A stretch of DNA of 64,000 bases from Dehalococcoidia bacterium (GTDB taxonomy: Bacteria > Chloroflexota > Dehalococcoidia > UBA2979). Of the stretch, positions 40,410-49,814 are shown piece after piece. Location: positions 32,001 through 96,000 of the forward strand of contig OZ219871.1 in the NCBI GenBank assembly GCA_964291495.2, read 5' to 3'. Positions within the stretch are counted from its first letter, which is position 1. The number at the start of each line of letters is the position of its first letter. The notes beneath the pieces were generated by a model, which ran no database searches, was not told the DNA's origin, and saw only the letters and a list, made by a program, of their open reading frames with translations. The position numbers and the translations under genes are program-made.

Positions 40410-41444
40410 CTATCCCTCCTGCGCGGTGTAGCGCAGCAGCGTGAAGAGGTTCGTGCCGACCAGCTCGCCGTCCTGGTTGTAGTAATTGTTGAGCACCGTC
40501 GTGAAGTAGCCGGGGCCGAGCCGCGTCTGCTTCAGCCCGGAGCAGTTCACCAGCTCCGTCGAGGCGGAGACGCGGTCGCCCGGTCGCAGCGGCTTGCCGT
40601 AGGCCTGCTCCGAGATCGTCGCGACCGTCGCCGTCGCGCCCGGCGGGTCGAAGCGCGCCGCGGCCGTGGGTGGCCCCGAGCGAGGCGGCCACGGTCCGCG
40701 GCCCGGCTCGCCGACGTCGGGGGCGTTCGGGTTGACGCCGCTGCGACCGGGCCGGTCCATCGTCCAGGTGATGAGCGCCATCGGCGGCGCGATGATCCCG
40801 CCGTGGCGGCTGTTCCGCGCGTACTCCGTGTCCTCGTAGAGGGGGTTGGAGTCCTCGACCATGTCCGCCCAGTACATGATCTGGACCTCGCTGACCGGGT
40901 AGGCGCCGTAGCGCGGCTCCGACTCCTTGCCGAGCCACTCCTGCGCGAAGTCCGGGAACCCCGGGTCCAGCTCGATCTGTGGCTTCGCCAGCTCCAGCCG
41001 CGGCTTCACCGCACCGCCCTCGCGCGAGGGCAGCGCCATCGTCGCCGTCGAGATGCAGGCCGTGCCGAGGTGGTTGCGGGAGTTCAGCTCCAGTTCCACC
41101 AGGTAGTCGTCGCCCTCGCGCCGTTTGCTCGCGACGCGGCCCTCGAGGATCGCCGTGTCGCCGGGGCAGACCTGGCCGATCATGTTGAGCGTGGTCGCGC
41201 GGAAGTCCGCGTCCGGGCCGCACCAGTCGGTCACGAAGCGCCCGAACAGCGCCTGGTTGAACATCGTGTTCACGAACTGGTCGCGGCTGCCGATCGACTG
41301 CGTGTAGGCGGAGTCGTGGTGGTAGGGCATGAAGTCGCGGGTGCCGACGACGCCCATCACGAGGTTCTTGACGGTGATCGGGTATTCGAGCACGGGCAGC
41401 TCGTCGCCCTCGTTGACGTCTTCCCAGAGCAGTGAGTCGGTCAT
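40410..41444 (-). CDS. Double hotdog (MaoC-like) (R)-enoyl-CoA hydratase fusion
   Basis: Domain 1 RDFMPYHHD (D-x4-H); domain 2 EDSNPLY...GIIAPP...LRPGD...NQDGE. Confidence 0.85.
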   Translation of the reverse strand: MTDSLLWEDVNEGDELPVLEYPITVKNLVMGVVGTRDFMPYHHDSAYTQSIGSRDQFVNTMFNQALFGRFVTDWCGPDADFRATTLNMIGQVCPGDTAILEGRVASKRREGDDYLVELELNSRNHLGTACISTATMALPSREGGAVKPRLELAKPQIELDPGFPDFAQEWLGKESEPRYGAYPVSEVQIMYWADMVEDSNPLYEDTEYARNSRHGGIIAPPMALITWTMDRPGRSGVNPNAPDVGEPGRGPWPPRSGPPTAAARFDPPGATATVATISEQAYGKPLRPGDRVSASTELVNCSGLKQTRLGPGYFTTVLNNYYNQDGELVGTNLFTLLRYTAQEG

Positions 41445-41607
41445 CGCACATCCCTCCAGCGCTTGGCTGCCCGCCCTTCCTACCCTCGCCGCGTGCGACT
41501 GTCCAGCGCACGCGCCCGTCCCGAGGGAACCGGGGCGAGCCGGATCGCGTATAGGTATGCAGGGGCCGCGCGGATCTCCGGCGCTCGCGCCGGGCAACCC
41601 GAAGGGA

Positions 41608-42393
41608 ATGGCGCCCATGAGCCGGACTCTGCGACGACCGATGCTCCTGAGCGCGGCCAGCGCCTTGCTGCTGGCCGCGCTCACCGTCTCCCTCGCGACG
41701 GGCGCCGGCCGCGCCCATGCGTGCTCGTGCGCCGAGCCGCCGCCGCCCCTCGAGGCTCTCGAGGAGGCCGCCGCCGTCTTCTCGGGGACGGTCGTCTCCT
41801 TCGAGACGTACGAGTTCGAGGTGGACTTCGGGTCCGACAGGTCGGAATCGTTCTGGTCGGTGGAGTTCGAGGTCGGCACGGTCTGGAACGGGCCCGTCGC
41901 ATCGACGACCTTCGTGTACGTCTGGCACGGCCCCGCGTGCGGCTACGGGAACTTCGAGGTCGGGGAGGACTTCCTCGTCTACGCCGACCGGCGCGACTTC
42001 CCCGGGGTCGACGCCGACACCCTCTTCGTCAGCTTCTGCAGCCGCACGCGGCCCCTCGAGAGCGCCGGGGACGACCTCGATCAACTCGGAGAAGGGCAGG
42101 TCCCGGAGCCCGGCATCGCGGGCGCCGACCCCGCGTCGAGCGCCGAGGAGGGGGAGACGCCAGACCCCGCGCCAACCTCGGACGAGCCGCAACGCGGCCC
42201 GACCCTCGCGGACACCGGCCACGGGCCGGCGTTCGAGGATGGCGGGCGCATCGCCGGCCCCGGTACGAGCGACGCCGCGGTGACGACCGGCGGCTCCGCC
42301 GGGCCGCCCGCCTGGGCGATCCCGTTCCTCGCCAGCCTCGTGGCAGCCTCGGTCCTCGTCCGGCTCGCGGTGCGGCCTCGACAGCGAGCGTAG
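41608..42393 (+). CDS. Secreted/anchored TIMP-like (NTR-fold) protein 1
   Basis: Signal peptide ending AHA then CSC; VFSGTV, WNG, ACG, CSRT; C-terminal TM. Confidence 0.75.
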   Translation: MAPMSRTLRRPMLLSAASALLLAALTVSLATGAGRAHACSCAEPPPPLEALEEAAAVFSGTVVSFETYEFEVDFGSDRSESFWSVEFEVGTVWNGPVASTTFVYVWHGPACGYGNFEVGEDFLVYADRRDFPGVDADTLFVSFCSRTRPLESAGDDLDQLGEGQVPEPGIAGADPASSAEEGETPDPAPTSDEPQRGPTLADTGHGPAFEDGGRIAGPGTSDAAVTTGGSAGPPAWAIPFLASLVAASVLVRLAVRPRQRA

Positions 42394-42410
42394 GTTGAGG
42401 CGGGGTACGC

Positions 42411-42965
42411 ATGCGCTGGATGCCGCGGCGGCTGATACTCCTCGCCGGCAGCGCCTTGCTGCTGGCCCCGCTGCTCGCCGTCCAGCTCGCAACGGGAGCC
42501 GGGCGCACGCATGCGTGCTCTTGCACTCCTCCAACACTCGAGGAGGCGTTCGAGCGCGCCTCCGCCGTCTTCCTGGGGCGAATTGCGGGGGTGTCGGGCG
42601 AGTGGGACAACATCATTGAGATCGAGGTCGACACGGTCTGGAAGGGATCGCTAGCGCGCACCGCCGTCGTGCACCGACCACAGGAATGTGCCCACCCCGG
42701 CTTCACTCTGGGGAGGGATTATGTCGTGTTCGCACGCAGTTACGAGGAGTCCCTGGCCGTCTTCCTTTGCAGCGGGACCACGGTCGTCGACGACGGTGCG
42801 TATGCCGAAGTGCTCGTGAGGGAACTCGGCGAGGGGCAGGCTCCCCAGGCCAGCCTCCCCGGAGACAGGCTCCTCGCGCTGTCGATGCTGCTCCTGGTAA
42901 CGACGGCAGCAGCCGTGATCCTCTGGCTGGCGGCATGGCACTTCAACCGGAGTAGCCACCGCTAG
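42411..42965 (+). CDS. Secreted/anchored TIMP-like protein 2
   Basis: THA then CSC; VFLGRI, VWKG, YVVFA, CSGT; C-terminal TM. Confidence 0.75.
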   Translation: MRWMPRRLILLAGSALLLAPLLAVQLATGAGRTHACSCTPPTLEEAFERASAVFLGRIAGVSGEWDNIIEIEVDTVWKGSLARTAVVHRPQECAHPGFTLGRDYVVFARSYEESLAVFLCSGTTVVDDGAYAEVLVRELGEGQAPQASLPGDRLLALSMLLLVTTAAAVILWLAAWHFNRSSHR

Positions 42966-43924
42966 CGGAAGTGCGGGATCACCTCGTTGCCGATCAACTC
43001 GAGGTGGCGCGGCACCTCCGAGGGGTCGCACGACCAGTTGCAGATGAAGTAGCGCACCCCGGCGTCGATGAACGTCTCCAGCCGCGAGATCACGTCGGCG
43101 GGGCTGCCGAGGATGTCGTAGCGCGCGACGCGCGCGGAGAGGTCGCGGCCGTAGCGCAGCTTGCCGGCGGCCGCCTCGAGCGCCTCGTCGTAGGAGTCGC
43201 GCATCAGCCAGAAGGTCGTGAGCGCCCACTCCATGCCGGAGATGTCGCGCCCGATCTCCGCGGCGTGGGCGCGGATCGCCGTCACGCTCTCGCGGTACAT
43301 CTCCGGCGTCATGTAGTAGGGATCCCAGGCGTCGGCGTACGTCGCGGCGCGCTGGATCGCGCCGGTGGTGCTCTTGAAGCGCGGCTCGCCGTCCGGGCCG
43401 GTCTCGATGCCGCCCGGCCGGCCGCCTACCCAGATCGGCGGGTGCGGCTGCTGCACCGGCTTCGGCTCCATCGTGATGCCCTCGAAGCGGAAGCGCGGGC
43501 TGTCGTAGCCCGACTCCTCCTCCGTCCAGAGGCTGCGGATGATCTCGATGCCCTCGTCGGTGCGGCGTCCGCGCTCGTTGAGCGGGATGCCGAAGCCCTC
43601 GAACTGCTTGGGGAACTCGCCGCCCACGCCCACGCCGAGGATGGCGCGGCCGTTGGAGAGCACGTCGAGCGTGCCGAACTGCTTCGCGACCCAGGCCGGA
43701 TGGTGCAACGGCAGCAGCAGCACGTCCGAGCCGACCGTGATGCGCGAGGTGGCGGCGGCCGCGAAGCAGAGCGTCGTGAACGAGTCGTAGGAGGGATCGC
43801 GGTTCGTGGGCGTCTCGCCCGCCCAGAAGCCGTCGAAGCCGAGGTCCTCGAGACGGCGGGCGAACTCGCCGGGCGTGAACCCGGAGCGGTACGAGTAGAA
43901 GGCGCCGAAGCCGATGCGTTCGAT
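42962..43924 (-). CDS. LLM-class flavin-dependent oxidoreductase (start codon ambiguous, possibly ATC)
   Basis: AAATSRI, TLDVLSNGR, RGRRTDE, PKPVQQPHPPIWVGG. Confidence 0.88.
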   Translation of the reverse strand: MERIGFGAFYSYRSGFTPGEFARRLEDLGFDGFWAGETPTNRDPSYDSFTTLCFAAAATSRITVGSDVLLLPLHHPAWVAKQFGTLDVLSNGRAILGVGVGGEFPKQFEGFGIPLNERGRRTDEGIEIIRSLWTEEESGYDSPRFRFEGITMEPKPVQQPHPPIWVGGRPGGIETGPDGEPRFKSTTGAIQRAATYADAWDPYYMTPEMYRESVTAIRAHAAEIGRDISGMEWALTTFWLMRDSYDEALEAAAGKLRYGRDLSARVARYDILGSPADVISRLETFIDAGVRYFICNWSCDPSEVPRHLELIGNEVIPHFR

Positions 43925-43952
43925 GACGCCCTCCCCTCGCGGCGGCCTCGCG

Positions 43953-44363
43953 CTACCTGGCGGGCCGGAACACCGGGAGCTGGTACTCGCCGTGCTGGTC
44001 CTCGCCGTCGAGCCAGTCGACCTCCATCGCAAGGCCGTCGCGCAAGCCGTCCGTCTCCAGCTCGTGCGGCTGGGTGACGAAGAGCGGACCCTCGTCGAGC
44101 TCGACCATGAGCACGGTGTGCGGGGCCGGGTACTGCGGGAAGTAGGGCCGGTGGTAGATCACCCAGGAGAGCAGCGTGGCCCGGCCGCTCACCTCCTCCC
44201 AGCTGTAGTCCTCGCCGACGCACCCGTCGCAGACCGGGCCGGGCGGCCAGCGGAAGCGAGCGCAGTCGGTGCAACGCTGCAAGCGCAGCTCGCGCTGCCC
44301 GGTGAACTCCCAGAACCGCTCGGCGTAGGGGTCCATCACGCGAGGAGGGCGTTGCGTGGCCAC
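43953..44363 (-). CDS. DUF35 Zn-ribbon/OB-fold protein 2
   Basis: FWE, QRCTDC, WPPGPVCDGC, VELDEGP. Confidence 0.9.
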   Translation of the reverse strand: MATQRPPRVMDPYAERFWEFTGQRELRLQRCTDCARFRWPPGPVCDGCVGEDYSWEEVSGRATLLSWVIYHRPYFPQYPAPHTVLMVELDEGPLFVTQPHELETDGLRDGLAMEVDWLDGEDQHGEYQLPVFRPAR

Positions 44364-44365
44364 GG

Positions 44366-45571
44366 CTAGCCGCCCTTCGTGTAGATCAGGCTCAGGCACT
44401 TGCCGGCCACGTCGTGGGCGTACTGCGCAACCTCGGCGCCCTCGACCTGGCGCTCGCCGAGGCCGCCGCGCAGCTGGCGCACTAGCTCCACCTGCTGGTT
44501 CCAGCTCTGCATGTAGCTCTCTGAGAGCATCCCGCCGCTGGTGTTGCAAGGCAGCTCGCCACCGACCTCGATGCGCCCGTCCTGGATGAAGTCGCCGCTC
44601 TCGCCCTCGCCGCAGAACCCGAAGCCCTCGAGGGTGAAGAGCAGGTGCACGCTGAAGCTGTCGTAGGTCGCGTAGACGTCGATGTCGCTCTGGGTCACGC
44701 CGGCCATCGGGTAGGCCTGGGCGGCGACATCGCGGTGGGCGGGGAAGTAGAAGTCCTTGATACGCGGCCGCAGCTGCGTGGCGCCGACGCTCAGCTCGGA
44801 CGAGCCGAAGCCGCTGACCAGCACCGGCTCGTGTTTGCGCTCCCGGGCGAGGTCGGCGCGCTGCACGATCAGCGCGACCCCGCCATCGTTGACGAGGCAG
44901 TAGTCGAAGAGCCGCAGCGGCTCGACGATGTAGCGGGTGTTCAGGTAGTCCTCGATGCTGAGTGGCTGCTGCATGATCGCGTTCGGGTTGAGCCGTGCGT
45001 GCTTGCGCAGCGCGACGGGGATGGCGGCCAGTTGCTCCTCGGTGGTGCCGTAGACCAGCTGGTGGCGCTTGAACATCAGCGAGTACAGCGCGCCCTGCGA
45101 GGTCAGGCCCCAGGGCGCGTAGTAGACGTAGGCGAGGATTCCGCCGCCGCCCATCGCCTGCGGCCCGCCGTACTGCACGTTCGCCGAACGCTGCGCGTTG
45201 CCGTAGACGCAGGCGACGGTGGTGCAGAGGCCCGCCCGGATCGCCTGCACCGCGTCGATGATGCTGCCCGGCGCGTCGCCGCCGCTGCTCCAACGCGGGT
45301 TGAGGCCCAGCAGCTCGGCGATCCGCTCGTGCGCGATCGGCCCGCCCACGCAGAGGCCATCGATCTCCTGCTTCTCCAGCCCGGCGTCGTCGAGGGCGCG
45401 CCGGAAGGCGCGGGCCGCGAGCACGTACGAGTCCCCGCCGCCGCTGCCGACCGGCCTCGCCTCTCCTTGCGGGGTGCGGTAGTCCGCCGCGTAGTCGGTG
45501 TCGCCGACGCCGACGATCGCGGCGACGTCCTTGAAGGCGCTGAGCCGATCGATGTCCGCTTGAGCTGCCAC
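44366..45571 (-). CDS. Non-canonical thiolase-fold protein (Ltp2-like) 2
   Basis: AAIVGVG, LFDYCLVNDGG, TYDSF, NTSGGMLSESYM. Confidence 0.88.
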   Translation of the reverse strand: MAAQADIDRLSAFKDVAAIVGVGDTDYAADYRTPQGEARPVGSGGGDSYVLAARAFRRALDDAGLEKQEIDGLCVGGPIAHERIAELLGLNPRWSSGGDAPGSIIDAVQAIRAGLCTTVACVYGNAQRSANVQYGGPQAMGGGGILAYVYYAPWGLTSQGALYSLMFKRHQLVYGTTEEQLAAIPVALRKHARLNPNAIMQQPLSIEDYLNTRYIVEPLRLFDYCLVNDGGVALIVQRADLARERKHEPVLVSGFGSSELSVGATQLRPRIKDFYFPAHRDVAAQAYPMAGVTQSDIDVYATYDSFSVHLLFTLEGFGFCGEGESGDFIQDGRIEVGGELPCNTSGGMLSESYMQSWNQQVELVRQLRGGLGERQVEGAEVAQYAHDVAGKCLSLIYTKGG

Positions 45572-45694
45572 GCGCGTCCCTCCCGCTCCGGGCGGCGCGA
45601 CGGTATCACAACGCCTGTCCGCCCCGGCCGGCGCGCCGGGCCGGCAGCGCGCCGCTAGACTGACCGCCGCAGCGTCCGGGGAGGGAGCACCGCC

Positions 45695-46888
45695 ATGAGC
45701 GCACTCGAGGGGATCAAGGTTCTGGACCTGTCGCGGCTGGCGCCCGGACCGTTCTGCACCATGCTGCTCAGCGACTTCGGCGCCGACGTATTGCTCGTCG
45801 AGGCGCCGCGGCACCTCGTCAGCCGCGGAGCGGCGGCCGAGCCGGACGAGGTCGAGCGGGAGGCAGAGGCGCGCGAGCTGCGCCACGACGCGCTGCGGCG
45901 CAACAAGCGCTCGATCGTCATCAACCTCCGCGAGGATGCGGGCAAGGAGATCTTCTACCGCCTCTGCGAGGACGCGGACGTGGTCCTCGAGGGATTCCGG
46001 CCGGGCGTGGTCGAGCGGCTGGGGGTGGACTACGAGACGGTGTCGCGCATCAACCCGCGCATTGTCTACTGCTCGCTCTCGGGCTACGGGCAGGACGGCC
46101 CGTACCGGCTGATGGTGGGCCACGACATCAACTACATCGCGATGGCCGGCGCGTTGGGCGCGATCGGGCGGCCGGGCCAGAAGCCGTCGATCCCCCTCAA
46201 CATCCTCGCCGACTACGCAGGCGGGGGGACGATGGCCGCCTTCTCCGTCACCACGGCGCTGATGGCGCGCGAGCGCAGCGGCCGAGGCCAGTACATCGAC
46301 CTCGCGATGTCGGACGGGGTGCTCTACCTGCTCGCCGCTGCCGTCTCGCGCATGCTCGCCGGGGGCGAGCCGCCGCGCCCGGGCGCCAGCAGCTACTCCG
46401 GCGTGAACCCGCACTACGATGTCTACGAGACCGCGGACGGCGGCTACATCTCGCTCGGCACGCAGGAGGCGCACTTCTGGGAGAACCTCTGCGACGTCGT
46501 CGGTCGCGAGGACTTCAAGCCGCTCCAGCACGAGACCGAGCGACACCCCGAGATCCGCGAGCACCTCGAGGCGACCTTCCGGCAGCGCACGCGCGACGAG
46601 TGGTTCGAGCAGCTCAAGGAGGTCGAGCTCTGCATCGCCCCCGTCTACTCGCTCGACGAGGCGCTCGAGGATCCGCACAACCGCCATCGCGGGATGCTCT
46701 CCAGCGTCACCGCCCCCGGCGGCGACGAGGTCGCGCAGATCGGCGTTGGCCCGAAGCTCTCGGAGACTCCCGGACAACCGAGGACCGCCGGGCCCTCTCC
46801 CGGCGATCAGACTGACGACGTGCTCGGAGGCCTCGGCTATGGCGCGGATCGGGTAGCGGAGCTGCGGGCGGCCGGCGTCATCGGCTAG
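45695..46888 (+). CDS. Class III CoA-transferase / alpha-methylacyl-CoA racemase-like
   Basis: LSRLAPGP, EGFRPGV, GHDINY, LADYAGGG (MCR-type His/Asp). Confidence 0.9.
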   Translation: MSALEGIKVLDLSRLAPGPFCTMLLSDFGADVLLVEAPRHLVSRGAAAEPDEVEREAEARELRHDALRRNKRSIVINLREDAGKEIFYRLCEDADVVLEGFRPGVVERLGVDYETVSRINPRIVYCSLSGYGQDGPYRLMVGHDINYIAMAGALGAIGRPGQKPSIPLNILADYAGGGTMAAFSVTTALMARERSGRGQYIDLAMSDGVLYLLAAAVSRMLAGGEPPRPGASSYSGVNPHYDVYETADGGYISLGTQEAHFWENLCDVVGREDFKPLQHETERHPEIREHLEATFRQRTRDEWFEQLKEVELCIAPVYSLDEALEDPHNRHRGMLSSVTAPGGDEVAQIGVGPKLSETPGQPRTAGPSPGDQTDDVLGGLGYGADRVAELRAAGVIG

Positions 46889-48087
46889 CCGGCGAGCACG
46901 CCTTCCTCGCGGAGGCGCGCGATCTCGGCCCCGGAGTAGCCGGCCTCGCCGAGGACGGCGCCGTTGTGCTCGCCGAGCTGCGGGGCCGGGCCCTGGATCG
47001 CGGCCGGGGTGCCCTCGAAGTCCCACGGCGGGGCAACCTGGCGCAGCGTGCCGACGCCGGGCTGCTCGACGGTCTCGATCACCCCGACGTGCCGGGCCTG
47101 CTCCTCGGCGACGAGCGCCTCATAGTCGTTCTTGGGGTACGCCCAGCCGCCGTAGCGGCGGGTGATCTCGATCGCCTCGTCGACCGTGAAGTTCGCGAGC
47201 GCCCGCTCCCAGACCGGCCGGGCGAGGTGCGAGTAGCGCCCGCCTCCGCCGCCGGTGTCGATGTTGACCAGCTCGAACAGCGGGTCGCCCTCGACCCATT
47301 CCATGCCCAGCTCGCGGTACAGCTGCTCGCGCTGCTCGGGGCCCGTGCGCGCCAGCGAGAAGTAGATCGCGCCGTCCTTGCAGTGGTAGCCGGTGTCCGG
47401 AGGCTTGATGTAGCTGTCGAGGTGGAAGCCCCACCATTCGTCCGGGTTGGAGAGCGCCACCCAGAGCGTGGACCGCATCGCGAGGATGCTGCCGAAGAGC
47501 GAGACATCGATGCGCTGGCCACCGCTCTCGTCGCGCGCGTAGACGGCGGCGCAGATGCTCATTACCGCGTAGATCGCGGCGTACATGCCCGCGATGTCCG
47601 TCGCCATGCGGACCGGCGGCTGTCCGATCGCTCCCAGCGAGCCGGTCCCGTCGCCCGCGAGCTGCGCGATCAGCTCGCCGTACGGCGGCTGGTCGGCCCA
47701 CGGCCCACCCTCGCCGTACTCGGAGAAGCCGCAGTAGACCAGCTGAGGGTTCAACTCTCCGAGCGAGTCGTACTGCAGCGCGGCGGCGGCGGACCAGCCG
47801 GCGTCCGCGATCACGATGTCGGCGCCGGCGATCAGCTTGCGCAGAACCTCGATGCCCGCCTCGCTCTCGGCGTCGAGGGCGATGCCGCGCTTGCCGCGGT
47901 TCGCCGAGAGGTACGCGACGCCGACGTCGCCGCGCTTGCGCGAGCCCCAGCCGCGCGTGCGGTCGCCGCCGGGCTTCTCGACCTTGATGACGCTCGCTCC
48001 GGCATCGGACAGCTCCTGCGCGCAGTACGGCCCGGCGACGCCCTCGGCCAGTTCGACGACGCGGAGGCCTTCGAGCGGGCCGCCCAC
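46885..48087 (-). CDS. Class III CoA-transferase, Asp-less (likely non-catalytic) subunit
   Basis: PLEGLRVVE, IKVE, NRGKR; IAGMYAA at the catalytic-Asp position. Confidence 0.85.
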   Translation of the reverse strand: MGGPLEGLRVVELAEGVAGPYCAQELSDAGASVIKVEKPGGDRTRGWGSRKRGDVGVAYLSANRGKRGIALDAESEAGIEVLRKLIAGADIVIADAGWSAAAALQYDSLGELNPQLVYCGFSEYGEGGPWADQPPYGELIAQLAGDGTGSLGAIGQPPVRMATDIAGMYAAIYAVMSICAAVYARDESGGQRIDVSLFGSILAMRSTLWVALSNPDEWWGFHLDSYIKPPDTGYHCKDGAIYFSLARTGPEQREQLYRELGMEWVEGDPLFELVNIDTGGGGGRYSHLARPVWERALANFTVDEAIEITRRYGGWAYPKNDYEALVAEEQARHVGVIETVEQPGVGTLRQVAPPWDFEGTPAAIQGPAPQLGEHNGAVLGEAGYSGAEIARLREEGVLAG

Positions 48088-49284
48088 CTAGGACTCCCGT
48101 GCGGCGGCCGGCTGCTCCGAGGCCCCGCGCTGCTGCTGGAGGTCGGCGAGGATCTCCTGCGAGTGCTCGCCGGGCATCGGCGGGCTGAACATCCGCGCGG
48201 GCGTGTCCGAGAGGCGCCAGGGCGGGCCGCCGGTCCAAACCTGACCCCAGGCCGCCGTCTCCACGGGCACGATGTAGTCGTTCTCAAGCACCTGCGCGTG
48301 GTGGCGAAGCTCAGCCCAGGTCATCGGGTAGCCGACGGGAACGCCGGCGCGGTTGAGGCGCACCAGCCAGTAGTCGCGCACCATGCCCGCGAGGATCGGC
48401 TCGAGCAGGCCGTCGAGCTCCTCGCGGTTGTCGACGCGGTCGGCGTTCACGGCGAAGCGCGGGTCGGCAGCGAGGTCGGGCTGACCGATCACCTCGCAGA
48501 ACCCGCGCCACTCGTCCTCGCTGGTGACGGAGACGCCGAGGACCGCGCCGTCCGCGCACTCGTACGCGCGGTCTGGTGCGGTGTTCTGCGAGCCGGAGCC
48601 AAGCCGCTGCGGCTGGTGGCCGCTGGCGAGGTACTCGCCGATGCGCACGCTCTGCAGCGCCGAGCCAGCTCTGAGCATCGAGACGTGGATGCGCTGGCCC
48701 TTGCCGGTGCGCTTGCGGGCGAGCAGGCCCATCAGGATCGCCTGCGCGGCGTAGTTGCCGCTGGTCGCGTCCATCTGGGTGAAGTGGCGGTTGATCTCGT
48801 CGTCGCCGTCGGGCACGCCCGTCCCGGTCGCGAAGCCGGTGACGTACTGCGCGGGCGTATCCGCGCCGGGCAGGAGCGCCATCGGCCCGCTCTCGCCCCA
48901 GCCCGTGATGGCGCAGTAGACGATCTGCGGGTTGATCTCGGAGACGACGTCGTAGCCGACACCCAGCCGGTCGGCGACGCCGGGCGTCATGTTGATCAGG
49001 AATACGTCGCTCGTCTTCAACAGCTCGTAGGCGACGGCCCGGTCCTCCGGCGACTTCATGCCGAGCGAGAGGCCGCGCTTGTTCATGTTCCAGGTGATGT
49101 AGCCGATCGAGGTGCCGTTGATCAGCGGCGGCACGCCCGCGCCGAGCGTGCTCCAGTCCACGTCCGGCTGCTCGATGTGCACCACCTCCGCGCCGAGCGC
49201 GCCGAGCTGGACGGAGCACCACGGCCCCACCATCCACATCGTGAGATCGAAGACGCGAACCCCGGCCAGCGGTCCGTCACTCAT
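48088..49284 (-). CDS. Class III CoA-transferase, Asp-bearing subunit
   Basis: PLAGVRVFDL, NMNKR, QMDATSG. Confidence 0.88.
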   Translation of the reverse strand: MSDGPLAGVRVFDLTMWMVGPWCSVQLGALGAEVVHIEQPDVDWSTLGAGVPPLINGTSIGYITWNMNKRGLSLGMKSPEDRAVAYELLKTSDVFLINMTPGVADRLGVGYDVVSEINPQIVYCAITGWGESGPMALLPGADTPAQYVTGFATGTGVPDGDDEINRHFTQMDATSGNYAAQAILMGLLARKRTGKGQRIHVSMLRAGSALQSVRIGEYLASGHQPQRLGSGSQNTAPDRAYECADGAVLGVSVTSEDEWRGFCEVIGQPDLAADPRFAVNADRVDNREELDGLLEPILAGMVRDYWLVRLNRAGVPVGYPMTWAELRHHAQVLENDYIVPVETAAWGQVWTGGPPWRLSDTPARMFSPPMPGEHSQEILADLQQQRGASEQPAAARES

Positions 49285-49396
49285 CGCGCACCTCCGTTCG
49301 GCATCGGGCGGGCCGGGGTACGGGGCGGCGCGATCAGCTGCGTGGCCGTACGCCCGAGGCCGTGGCGAGCATAACAAACCTGAAGGGCGCGCCTCG

Positions 49397-49810
49397 CTAC
49401 CCGCGCGGGCGGAACTTGACCAGCGTCACCTCGTCCGTCACGTCGTCGAACTCGACCTCGACAGGCATCCCCATCTCGATCGCCTCATTCGCCACGCCGA
49501 CGATGTTGGTCACGAGGCGCGGCCCCTCCTCGAGCTGCACGAGTGCGACGTTGTACGGGATGTCGTCGGCGAATGCCCGATTGAAGAGGTGGTGGTAGAC
49601 GCCGAACGACCAGACGGTCCCCCGCCCGCTCAGTGCCACCCACTCGTCGTTTTCCTCAAGGCACTCGGGGCAGTGCTTCGCCGGCGGGAAGCGCACGTAG
49701 TCGCAGCTGCCGCAGCGCTGCATCCGCAGCTCGTGCCGCTTCGCGGCCTCCCAGTAGGGCGCCATGTTCGGGTCCGCGACGTCCGGGAGCGGCTTCGCGT
49801 AGTCGGCCAT
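49397..49810 (-). CDS. DUF35 Zn-ribbon/OB-fold protein 3
   Basis: YAKPLP, QRCGSC, FPP..CPEC, PYNVA, LEEGP. Confidence 0.92.
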   Translation of the reverse strand: MADYAKPLPDVADPNMAPYWEAAKRHELRMQRCGSCDYVRFPPAKHCPECLEENDEWVALSGRGTVWSFGVYHHLFNRAFADDIPYNVALVQLEEGPRLVTNIVGVANEAIEMGMPVEVEFDDVTDEVTLVKFRPRG

Positions 49811-49814
49811 CGCG

